Source of the DNA: Takakia lepidozioides
Taxonomy: Eukaryota; Plantae; Bryophyta
Direction: 5' to 3'
Length of the DNA: 64,000 nt
Assembly: GCA_030704615.1 (NCBI GenBank)
Contig: CM060731.1
Location: forward strand, 3,410,001-3,474,000
Numbering within the stretch: the first letter of the stretch is position 1; each line of letters starts with the position of its first letter. Position numbers and translations under genes: made by a program. The notes below the pieces were generated by a model, which was not told the DNA's origin, ran no database searches, and saw nothing but the letters and a program-made list of their open reading frames with translations. Below, piece after piece: positions 1 through 19,000 of this stretch.

Positions 1-2283
1 TTAGCTATGCACATCGGGCACAATATCTTCATCTTTATGTATATTACGCCTGTAGTAATCAGTGGCTGGTGGATTCTTGTACCTCCCGAAACCATAACAA
101 CTTGAATAGCGTAGGGAAGGGCTCTTTGCCCTTCCCCAAAAACCTTGCATCCGGCACACACACACACACACACCTTTATCAAAACACAATGCGAGTGACT
201 AACTCTCAAATGCACCCCGATCTCTTATTGCAGGCTGACAATATACTGAAAGCACATTCTGCCTTTTGGTAGGCTTGCCAATCAATACAACTAACATTCC
301 ACAGCAGCAAATTCACGGACTAATTTCCTACATCATATAAGCCGAACCCATCAGAATGTGAAGGACTCATGGAGATTACAGCTGAACAAAGGTACGCTTC
401 TGTCAGCAATGACATGACTGGCTCAGAGCATTGAAGATTGCTTTCGGCATGTGGTTCCTAGTCCCATTTGTTGGCCTTCAATTCCAGCTGACAAACTCTA
501 ATTTGGATCTATGCACCTTTCAAACGAAACAAGAATCTTTCTTCACAGCACAAATCCTCCTTACATAAATCATGATATAAACCAATCTGTAAAGCTTTAT
601 AAAAGACCCAAATGAGGTGACTGTAGACGATGGTTCCTTCAGATCTCATCAGAATATGCAGTGGACATTTGATTTGTCACCCTCCAAGAAGCCTTCAACC
701 GCGATCGTGGTCCCCACTACCACGGGAATCACAAGGGATGTCGTCTGGGTGTCCGTATGAGGAGTATGTAGCTAACTATATATAACCTCCAGCTTAAGTT
801 AGCTGTTGACATGGAAAGTTATCTGCCAGGCAGGATAGCTGCAGGTACGTACCCTTCAATCTAGCTGCCATGTCAGATGCTAGTTCAAGCTTGTGTACAG
901 ATCCTGAGAGGCCTAGACAGTATACAATTTTAAAGTTCAGAGGCTGACAGACCCAGCTTGGCCAACAACGGTGATGTGGCAGGACGTATTCAAATGCCAC
1001 AAAGGTTGGATTCATTTCCAGCGTTTGCAAAATCATGTCATCTACGACAGATGCCCAGAAGTTCACTGGAACATTTCTACAAGAGAAATACTCCTGTGCT
1101 TAGACTTCGTCGCTTGGTACTTACGTGATTAGCGAATGTAAAAGACTCCTGGATTTCAATTTCTTCTCCGATGATCTTGGAAGCGTTCACTAGCTTGCAT
1201 GAACGATGGCAAATTTGGGAGTATGGGTCCACTGTGTCTACCAACGAACGAGGGGCGCCTCGGACTTCCAGTGAAAATAGGGTATAAGCAAAATGGAGCC
1301 ACGGCAGCTGACGGTGTACTCTACCACGTAGAGACTTTCGATGGTTCAATGGCACATCGAGTGATTTCTCGTGACAATTACGGTGAGTGGCATATCCTGG
1401 CGAAGGAGTCGCAGATTGCTGATCTTGGAAATTAGGTCAGGCCTCAAAGCCTGTGATCAATCAGTGGAATCTGTGCTAGAGCCCACTTGTGCCCAATTGC
1501 CCAATTGTGAGTGAGTGGGTGCTACATAGTACGCGAGGAATGAGAAACCCAACTACATTTCAGTCTTTGCCGTCGCTTTCTTGAAAGATATAATCCACAC
1601 TCTAGGGTCGGTATGACAATTCCAGGGGTGATGGTAGCTGTAAGCATCTTGCAGTTGTCACTGAATTGGAAAATTGGGACGTTCGCTTAAAGTGTAGGGA
1701 TAACTGGCTCGGAATGATCACGCAAACAACTGATTTTCATCTGTGTGATCTGGAGTGGGGCAGGGCATGATCATAAGGACCACTCAGTTGGCAGAGAAGT
1801 TTGAGGAAGTGCGGAAACGTGAGAAGGTCTACGCCTATGTTTAGTATGAGGTGGTCAGGTTAGGGTGGAGCTAAACCCTGGTTTGGCCATCCTGAGCATA
1901 ATTCAGAGGGGTGGAACCTCGCAGGTGGGTTGTAAGAAACAAGGATTTCCGTGCAGACATTTGCTTGCAGTGAATGGATCGGGGAAGGGGATGATATAGC
2001 AATAAAGAAATTGAGGTTTTGCTGTTGTAGGCGATGGGTGGAGCCAGCCACCGGGGTACTAGTGTGTTGGTGCTGACAGGCAAGCCATCCATGGATCTTT
2101 CAGTGTCAGACACATGGGTAATACAATTCGTTTCCCCAAGCAATGGCGATTTGGGGCTGCGTTTCATAGCATGGGGCAATTCATATCTATTGTTGACACC
2201 TAACGTCCACGGTGCATCTCTCTGTTTCTTCAACAATTCTGTTTCAGATGTCTTGATGCAGGGGAGCCTGTGCAGCATGTGGG

Positions 2284-8425
<6,142 letters not shown>

Positions 8426-10098
8426 AGTGCACCACTTTAGCACATGTTGATGTGAGAGTCAGTTGGCACACAGCACTGTAAGATCGTAGTATGTTCATAT
8501 GTGTGGATTAACACAGTATCTTTTAAAGTCTCCTTAAATTGGAATTCATTGGGGCAACTAACAGCTATTTGTAACTGCAATGATGCACTTCCACCCTCTC
8601 AACCACAAAGGATCAAGCACATCAAATACTCCAATCAAATACCTTTGTGCAAGCAGAATACCTGGGCATCTGTGGGGGCCTCTCAGGAAAAGTCTCGAGC
8701 TTCAATCCCATAGACACAGCTGGGACACCATTCTGCTTGTCCTTAATTGTCACTGTTTCCATTAGACCATTGACTAACGTGACAGTAAAGGCATGAAGTG
8801 CGCGCTTTTAGTTCCTACTGAAGGGGAGACTGACCCTTACACAACTTTATTACTTTAGATTATGTTACCTCAAATTCGGGAGGCTGTAGAATGCAGGCGG
8901 TGGATGAAGAACTGATGTCAGTGTTGGTGCTGTGCATGCAACACAGCATGCAGAAATGCATAGACAGAATACATTGATTAGGTTCTTCTTCAGCAGAACC
9001 CTGCCCTTGTTGGTGTATCAGTGTTTCAAGGTGTTTGCTTTCCAAGTGGTGACAGAGAACCTAACCTGACATATATGATGGAATTGGATGTCACACAAAT
9101 GATTCCACCACACTACTGATTATAGATTGACCTGGTGTCAACACCATTCTCACAGTCAGGGTCTGCAGATTGTAGGGTTATAACTTAAAAGTATGTTTGT
9201 TCCTAGGTTCAGGTTTTTCAAGAAAGTATGTTAGACGCCATTGATCAGATCACCCAGGTTAGATAGATAAGAAATACCCATTTTCCAAAGCCATCCCACG
9301 ACACAATGATGGAACTCTGGAACTATAGTTAAGAGCTCATACTATCTGATTTTAGTAAAGTCAATCTAGGCTCCATCAATATATCCCATCCAATCTATGA
9401 CACCCTTGGCCAGGATAATAGGTGACCTGTTCTGCCGTTAACTCTCAGCGTTACAGAGCCCCACACACCTCACATTCTTTTGAAGGTTAAATTTGCAGGT
9501 GGAGTCGGAGACTCAAAAGGAATGCCAGAGAACCTACCACCGCGTGGCTTGCTTTTTGCGCTATGTAGGATTTCACTGTTAAGTCAGGGGATAGCTAAGA
9601 GAAACATGACTGGGTGAAATTCTTGGGATCTCTAGTTGTTGATCTCCATTGCTAAAGATGACTGTGCTCCCACATAGAAGGCATACTGATGCTCACTTTC
9701 GCCACCCAACTTCTATCAATGCATGCACACTTCCAAACTGAAGATATGGAGATCATATCAAAAATTCGCTTTCCGCAACTTTATTTTAAGCTGGAACTTC
9801 CCTGCCAATTGGACACTGGTTAGAATACTTCAATACACCTTTATTGGCAGCACCTCACACTAGAGCAGGTAGCCCAGTGGTTGGGTGTTTGTGCTTTGCC
9901 TGTGCATAACCTGGGTGATCTAGGGTTCAAAGTCCAATGGAAGGCATTAGTCCTTCAGGATGAAATGACACTATAAATTTCGCTTCCTTCAGGAGGAGTC
10001 CTCTTTCTTTCTTTGGCAGCCACCCGCACTGTAGTGTAGAGAGTGAAGAATATACAGTTCATGAAAAATAGATTGGTATGAAAAACTTACCCGGGCCT

Positions 10099-13056
10099 TC
10101 AAGTCCAATCATTCATCAGTAATGTGAGATAAAAGCTGATGTTCACCGCAGCTAGAACAGCCAGGGGGCCAAGACTCTGGACTACTCTGGCTGAAAAAGA
10201 GTGCGTCTTCCCTCTAACCATACGAACACTGGTGCCAGGGCCTTGGTCAAAGATGACTGAATCACTTGACTCCTTCGGGAGTTTGACAACAGTGTGTGTG
10301 TCCATTTCATGACCAGATCGTCTGGCAAGCACCGACGATCCCCTGCACAGGAGAGTTCATACACATCAGAGACGGTGGGCCATCAGATATGATGGCATGA
10401 CGGTATCACTCACATCTAGCATGAAAGCATGCTTATCGTTGACTTTAGGGATGATGTATGGGGAAGAGCGTCCCAGCCTACTCTAAGGAATGGGAACCAT
10501 AAGCAAAAACCAACAAAATCTATCCCTGCTTCCTGCATGCAACTCCACACAGGAGATGTGAAGGAAACAAGTTATGTGAGAAATTAGGGCCCATTGAAGA
10601 AACAAAAGCTAGCAAAAACTAGGACCAAATTTTTAAACCGGTTAGACCTCCTTAATGCAAAATAGGAAACAGACACTGAGGGAGTACAGAATCACACAAA
10701 AATCACTCCACGCTGCCATTGGGTTGGTGTATGTTACCACTCTGTCCAGAATAAGAGCTCTTACCGCATTTCAGAAGTTCGACTGGCTTGAAACACATTA
10801 GGGACAGCTTTGGGACCCTTGTTGATCAAGTGCATAGCACCCTCCGCATCCCAGATCATCTCCCAATCCCCATTATTAGCATCTTCATTCTTGGCCTTCA
10901 TGCCTCCCTCAGGGCGACCTTTGATAGAGCCCATTACAATTCGCCAAGCCTCTTGAATAAACCTACCCGGTTCTAACCCTTGGGCCGGCCAAGCAATTAG
11001 GGCAATGATTGTTATTCCAAGTAATATACCGTACCTGGTTGAAGGGACAAACATATACACATCAAAAACATAGGAGGATTTGTAGTACGATCAATAATAC
11101 TCTTGACAACCACTGACACTTAATGGATAACAACGTCAGACATTCCACCAGCTGTGAGTTTCCTTCCCTCAGATGTTATTTGAGAAACGGATCAACTATA
11201 TCTTTTGCAAATCTTAAAATGATACATGTATCAAGATAGCAAGTCACCAAAGGGAGCCAAATTACCAGACATAGATTGCTATCTGCACTGGAAGAAAGCA
11301 TAAATGGGAGGCGACAACATTTTCTGGATGTGAAGACCCGGGGGAGGATCCAGGAATAACTGAGAGCATCATCAATGATGGGTGGATGTTGCCTTGCTGC
11401 CAGCTAAAGCTCCCCAGCGTGTGCTTGTGAGACAATACACCAGTCAACAAAGTTAGAGAGATGTATAGTTTCAAAACTTACGGATTTCGCATAGAGATGA
11501 GGTGAAAATGTTCCTAGACCCATGACTACTGGTAGAGGTCCATTTTGGCTTCAGACATAGACATCACTGGTAAGGGCACGTGGACACACAATAGATGACT
11601 TTGGCAATATTCAAGGTACACCCATCCATGAGCAGCATCATTGCTTGCAAAGAGGACACCTAAGGGCTTCTGATTCTCTAGGAAAAGAATGAAGCCCCAG
11701 ACTTGCTACAAGTAGTCATGGAAAAGCGTCCATGAGACAGGGTAGAACAACAAGAACCCGCATCAAAATACACCCATACTTCACCCAAAGACACGGTGCC
11801 AAGCACATAAGCTGACAGAGAGCTTGAATGTCATTTGGTCTCAAAGCTTCAATCCCTTAATCTCTGGTCCCTAGCAGCATTCATGGCAGCAGAAGAAAGT
11901 GAAGCGGCCTCACCTGGATCCATCACAGTCAACCAGCAGGTTAGTGATCCCTGTGGAACCCTGGGCTTCAACCTCTGTAAGCCGTTATCAATGTCATCTT
12001 TATAACAGATCCTACTCATAAAGGGCTAATCTTAGAGAGATAAGAAGCTCAATGGCTTATATCCTAGTAGTGAATACACATCGGTAAAAATGTGAGTGCA
12101 ACTCGATCACAGAAGCAAGGCAGAACTTGCAACTTGAACTTACAAGAGTATCCAAAGATCATAGGTCCAAAGAACATTAGCATAGGTTTGAGCTATTTCT
12201 GGAGCTCAAGCTAATATAGTGGTCTCCATTACTTTAGAACTGCTATTATCAGGGCTGTTCTCGCCTTTCAGATATTCTTTCAAGCTTAAGCTTATCTCAT
12301 TCTGAAGAGCATCTCGGATTATTCCATCTCGCAGCATATCTCAGTAATGGAATCCTGTCAGACGACAAGTTGAGTTACTAGTAACAAACCCATACCCAAC
12401 AAGAGAGAGTGTGCACCTCAGGGACCAACCCTTCCTTGGTTCTGTGAACCACGTAGCACTGATCATGGTCGTGCCCTGACAACACAATCACCTGCCAACA
12501 CATGCCAGTGCACTAAAACACTCAGTGTTTTTACATCACTTTGTCTTCACGCGACCCTCTGCCCTTTGTACTGTGAAGGGTCAGTACAATTTACACTTCC
12601 TTCCTGTGGTAAGCAGGATCTCAGACTCTCAGCCAGGGGTAACTATTTTAAATTAATAAATCGTAATTCATGTGAAGCCTTCTAGATCTCTGCTACTTAT
12701 TATAGCAAAAGATATTTGTACACATTTTGTCAGAAACTGAGAAGAGAATAAACCCCAAAAACGCAGTTCAGTACTCAAAACATACATTTGACAGCTCCGG
12801 GGTCCCAATTACTAACACATCTGACAATTTTCTTGCCTTTAAAGCAGCTGAACTACTCCTTTTTCAAGATTGTATTGCCAGGTATGTTTCAAGCTGTACA
12901 CAGTGGAGAAAACTCACAGGCTTAATGGCATCCAGAAGCCTTGTAGAGGTCACCTCCATCAAGTAGTTTTGATATCTGCGATGGAAGTAAACATCACATT
13001 TCCATTTTTCTGTTAGACCCACATGTACTTAAACCCTTACATTGAAGAAGTTGACA

Positions 13057-13091
<35 letters not shown>

Positions 13092-16000
13092 ATACCGTTG
13101 TGTGGGCAATCTGAAGACAGTATTCATTTTCTGATACACTGTCCGGGGTTCTCTCACCAAAGAGACGCTCTCTTCAAATCTATTAAGGGAATTGTGCCTG
13201 TACCCCTGTTTACCAACTTTGAAAGTCTCGAGGCTGAGCCAAAAGCCCAGGCCCTCCTGAGGCCTAGTTTTTGGGCAAATCACACACAGCAGATTGATGC
13301 TTGTGTGAAGGGATTTCTAGAGGATATCTGGAAAACCCGGATTAATTCTTTATATGGAGGTAAGTCTTACTACCAACGTCAGCCCCTGACAGAGGTAGGT
13401 TCTGTCCCTTTTGTTCCCGCTCAAACTGGGCGCGGGGTCAATGGCCACAAGGCTACGGCAAACAACGTCTTATGAGTACAATCTCTAATACTTTTGAATG
13501 GCCACAGGGCTACGGCAAACAACGTCTTATGAGTGCATTCTAATACTTTTGAACACATCTGTTTCTTATCTTTCTCTGAGAAATTTGATAATCTATTTTG
13601 GGTTATCCAAAGTGGAATTAGGGCTTTGTGCCTTCCACTATTTGCTACTACATACATGGTCTGTAAAGACAGAAAGGAGAATAGTATGTCCATGAAGGTT
13701 CCTAATGAACGAACATGACATTTGGTGGAGAACAAATCCATCATATTGAGGCCCTGTAGCAGCAACATACTGGAGTATATGTGTACAGCTTCTACATGAT
13801 CCGGTCAATCACTCCTTACTTCCAGCCACTTGACTCTGAAATCAGTGTCAATGGTAGGTAGACATTCCTACAAATTAGCCACCGACCTCTAAAAATAGAG
13901 TTAGTGGTAATGTTCTATGAGCTGCTAATATGCACTATATAGACAAGGGAAGTGTGACAGTACTTCTGTCACACTCTTCTGACGAAGAGAGGACTCCAGA
14001 ATTTCTTCGTGGCTCCGTCATCATGTGGTACCAGTGGCGATGGTTCCAGCTTTGCTGAAGATGTCACAGCCCCTTCCTACACAAACGCTTCAGGCGGTGG
14101 TGGCTAAGTGATCTACTCCTGTGACTCCCTTGCATGGTTGTACCCAAATGGGGTTTATGCTCTGATATTGGACATATGCTTATTGGTTCACTTTGGAAAG
14201 CTACAGCACACAAGAGGAAATGCCATTCACCTCGCACATCCTCACTAACCCACATCATACGCTTGTGGTGTTTTTTGGGACGGGTGCAGGTGAGGGCCTC
14301 TCTTCTTCAAAGAAGAGAGGCCCTCAGGTTCTTGCCTGAAATCACAGAGCTGGATATGGAGTTGTGTTGCAGATATAAGAAGGCTGCTAACTTGCAGTGA
14401 GCAACCAATGTTATGGTGCCACTACCTATGAGAGGACTTCAGGAAATAATAACAGCAGGTTGCCCCTTTTCAGGGATCTAACCTGTACTCTGAGATTTTT
14501 CCAATCAGCTAGGTTAGCGGTGTACTGCCTAGTCACCAGATGGCACTATGAGGTATGTTATCTTATCATGAACTCATTTACAGAACAGAACCTAAGCTGT
14601 CCAAACTCTGAGATCAAGTTTCCTGCAAACCAGAAGCCTGGTAAGTTTGCAATGACTTGATAGAGCTGTTGTGTGAAAACAAATTACAACACCATGCTGC
14701 TTGACATAGCAGCTACTTGCATTACACAGAGCTATCTCCTACTCTCTATTGTGGAGCAGTATAGCAGTTCATGAAAAGCCATGAAGCATTCTGCATATCT
14801 CTGTGGCAAATCTAAGATGGGAGGGAAACCTATTTGATCAGAGCAGGAAACAGCCTTTTTCATCAATTATGCACCACACTATGACAACTTCAGGTTATTA
14901 CAAATGTGCCGGTGGCTGAAACCCCACAACAAACTCAGGAAAGCTATGGTCAGTGCATAAAGAGTTCTTTGTAAATCCAGCACAACCCATTATTTTACAC
15001 ATCATCACAACTGACATTCAGATCACAATGAAACTAGCAAATAATCAGGGTAACAAAAGAATGTCGAACTGCAAACATGATTCATGACCATACACACAGA
15101 AGTCTGAAAGTCCAAAAAATTAAAAAAAAGCCAGTTGTCCAGTAATCAGCAGAACCATTCAAAGGTGGGGGAGTGGGAAAGAATATGAGAACACAACTGC
15201 AATGGAAGTGTGCATCCACATGCTTTGCTACTCACTAAGCGAAATAAACAAGGGTGACGGAAAAGATCTTTGAAACTCACAATATTCGATATGGTGATTT
15301 CAGCACCCTCCTTATCCTCTGCCCCCACCCCCAAAGTTTGAACACATCACGGTTGATTCTTATGATGCCAGAAAGAGAAAAGAGAGAAACCTTACAACAT
15401 CCACAGGTGCCGCGAGGCCCATGGACTAAGTAGAACAACACGAAATCCATATGAAATTGTACCAAACATTGCCTGAAGTGTCTCATGCAGGTAAGCTGCC
15501 AGACACTCTGGCCCCCAAAGCTGAAGCTGGGAGTCTCTTAAGAGAATGTACTCATAAGATGTTGTTGGCCGAAGACCCCACGCCCAGTTTGAGCGGAACA
15601 GAAGGGGACAGAAACTACGTCTGTGAGGGGCTCACTCCGGTAGTGTGACTTACCTTGATAGAGACAATTAGTTTGGGTTTTCCAGATATCCTCTAGAAAG
15701 CCTTCACACAAGTATCAACTTGCTGTGTGTGAGCTGCCCAGCAATTAGACCCCAAAAGGGCCAGGGCTTTAGGCTCAGCCTCAAGATTTTGAAAGTTGGT
15801 GAATAGAGGTGCAGGGACAGTGTTCTTGATCGTCCTGAAGAAGTTCACTCTCTGGTGAGAATATCCCGGACAATGTATTAGAAAATGGATATTGTCTTCA
15901 GGCTGCCCGCACATCAGGCAATTACAAGTCTCTAAAGAGGGACAGAGACAGAGACAGAATGTACTCATAAGACGTTGTTTGCTGTAGCCTTGTGGCCATT

Positions 16001-19000
16001 GACAGAGACAGAGATTGTACTCATAAGACATTGTTTGCCGTAGCCTTGTGGCCATTGACCCCGCGCCCAGTTTGAACGGATTTCCTCCAGAAATCCCTTC
16101 ACACAAGTATCAATCTGATGTGTGTGATTTGCCCAATAGCTAGACCCCAAAAGGGCCTGGGCTTTTGGCTCAGCCTCAAGATTTTCAAAGTTGTTAAACA
16201 GAGGTACAGGCACAATTTCCTTGATGGAATGGAAGAGGGTGTCCCGTTGGTGAGAGTACCCAGGACAATGAATCAGGAAGTGAATATTGTCTTCAGGTTG
16301 CCCACACAACGGGCACTTACAATCCCCCTTTCCTCTCTGCGACTGTTTGTTGTTCAAAGGTAGGCTACCCGCCCTGAGTTTGAATTTCAGTCTAGTGCCG
16401 AGGGTGGGTAGACCCTTGAGGTCATCCATGATGGCCTCACCATGTCACAGACTGGAAACGGGTTGAGGGAAGTTTTCTGCCTAACTGTCTTTTCTTAGAA
16501 CAATTTTCCTGGCAATAGCTTCGCAACTTCAGCTTCTAGATTTTCCAGCAGGGTCATTGCTAGTGGACCAGTAGTTGATTGATGAAAACATTGAAGAGCA
16601 GAGGGGAGAGGGTACATCCTTGAGCTACACCTTGGTCTATGTCAAAGAAATTAGACATCTGTCCATTTACAGTGACACAGCTTTTAGTGTGAGCATACAA
16701 GTTATGGACCACTCTCCAGATCTTTCCCTTGATCCCGGAAGACCAGAGTCGGAGCCATAGACCGTCTCTCCACACAGTGTCATAGGCCTTTTTGACATCC
16801 AAGAAAAAGACAAAAGTAGGTTTCCCTTCTTTTTTCCTTCCCTGGATAATCTGGCTGAGTGTGAAGATATGATCCACGCAGCCCCTGTTTCGCCGAAAGC
16901 CAGCTTGGCCTTCATGGAAACAACCTCTGGACTCAAGATCAACCTCGAGACGAGTACTTATAACTCTGCAGAATATCTTGCCAACTGCATTAAGAAGCGT
17001 GATGCCCCGATAGTTACCCGGCTCTTCTCTGTCACTTTCTTATATAAATTGACAATGACCCCCTGCCGCCAGCGAAAGGGGGTAATTTCAGTCCTCCATA
17101 TAAGGTTAAAGAAGAACAAGGGCCTCTATCATAGGGTCACCACCATGCTTGATAAGCTCATTGACAATGCCATCAGGGCCACCAGCTTTGTATCCGTTTA
17201 GATGCTCAATTGCTTCCGCAATCTCAGAGGACTAATGGGAGCATTATAACCCTTTGAAATATACTCCAGTTCATCAGGGCTGTCTTGAATCATAGACACA
17301 GTTCTTTCTACTGTGTCATTCCATTCTTCAGAAAACCCCTCGCTGCTAGAACTAGAATTTCTGCCAAGTGTACTGTAGTGGGTTTCAAAGGTGTTGACAA
17401 TGTCAGCCGTTGAAGTCACCACTGCACCCTTAGGGGTCCTCAGCGCTTGTACTTGCTGACATTTTTTCGGCTTGTACAGACGTTGAAGGGCCAACCAGAA
17501 TTTCTTGTCATTACCACCGTGGTGGTTTGAGTTTATTTCCCCGTATAACTTAACCCAATATAGTTTCTTCTGAGACCTTACAAGCCGATTGATATCTTTG
17601 CGGAGCTGGTAGTACCTAACCCAAAGGTCATTATTGGCTTTCATTCTGCAGCATTCTTTATAGAGGTCTCGTCTCTCGGCAATCTTGAGTTTGATCTCAT
17701 TGGTCCACCAATTAACAGCTCTACCGCAGACAATTTTTCCTCCCAATGATCTTTTCAGCCACAGAGACGAAACTCTCCCAAGAGTCCACCGCTCTTTCGA
17801 CTTCATTTCTTGCATTGCCAGCGCGAGATTGAAGGTCTTGAGCGAATAGACAGTTGGGCAGAGCCTCTTGCAAGGCCTGGACATACTCAGCCTTGACCTC
17901 TTCATTTCGGAATTTTTCAATGCGCCACTTCTGGATCGAACGTTTCACAGATCTCTTGGTGTTGGGGAAACACCTTTTGATCTCAGTCCAAACCAGAAAG
18001 TGGTCAGAGGTACCAATATCAGTTCTGTCAATTAACACATTGGCACACTGGGGAAACAGATTCTTGTCCACTATGATATAATCCACAATGGATCGTTCCC
18101 CAGTTTGGGCTTTCTCACGGGTCCACTGCATCGGGTCACCTTTTGACCTATTGTTCAGGGTCGAAAGCTGAAGCTCTTCCAGACAGTTAATTAACCGTCT
18201 TCCATTAGAGCTGAAATGTCATGTCATCTTACACCAGGAATTCCAAAACATCGTCTCCAGAGATCTGTGAACAGTAGGAAAATGGAAGAGTGCAAAGTGA
18301 TGATTTGAGCTGACCTGGTTGATTACTGGAGAAGCTCGATAGACCCCACATGGAGTGGAATCTGGACGATAGAGAGGAATATGGCACATAAGCACCCTCG
18401 GGGGAGCATCCAGCTCTGCCAACATTTTGGAAAGTTATTCATTCACAATCAAAGCGAAGTGACCTGAATGTCCTATGGTGAGGCAGAATGACAATTCAGT
18501 GCTTCTTCATATCCAAGGGGGACCTGAGGGCCCATCTCACTAAGTAGAATAGGAGAATCAGAGAGAAGAAAAATCTGTTTTGTCAATAGAAAATCCAAAC
18601 GCCTCTTGGAAAACCACTGGCGTGTGGTCGGGCTAGGGATTGAACCTAGGACCTCCCGCATTCCGGTGGGGTGCTCTACCACTGAGCTACCCGTCCTCTT
18701 CTGTTCTCAGAGTGTCGTGCAAGGGCTATAGCCTTGACACCTCCAACACTCCCCCTCAAGGCATAGCCCTTATTGCTAATGCCCACCCATTCTGACCACC
18801 GCCACAACCTGGCTCTGATACCATCTTGGAAAACCACTGGCGTGTGGTCGGAGGTGTCAAGGCTATAGGCCTTGCATGGCACTCTGAGAACAGAACAGGA
18901 CGGGTAGCTCAGTGGTAGAGCACCCCACCGGAATGGGGGAGGACCTAGGTTCAATCCCTAGCCCGACAACACGCCAGTGGTTTTCCAACAAGGCCTACAC

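Larger units (their letters stand above)
18604..18990 (-). mobile_element. TRIM (terminal-repeat retrotransposon in miniature) with tRNA-like LTRs; 5' LTR internally inverted
   Basis: Minus strand: PBS TGGTATCAGAGCC (18823-18811), PPT CTTGAGGGGGAG (18760-18749) abutting LTR TGTTGGA...TCCAAGA (18748-18604); other LTR 18824-18990; near-TSD ACGCC/AGGCC. Confidence 0.88.

Noticed and set aside
794-1435. Short ORFs upstream of the spastin-like gene
   Set aside because: No recognisable motifs or consistent exon structure; could be a decayed gene but unsupported.
9868-9935. SINE-like A/B boxes (gtagcccagtgg .. gggttcaaagtcc); a similar B-box on the minus strand at ~32495
   Set aside because: Too degenerate, with no TSD or tail identified.
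18625-18969. Functional tRNA genes
   Set aside because: The anticodon arm is irregular and differs between copies, the acceptor stem has a mismatch, and both copies are embedded in LTRs.
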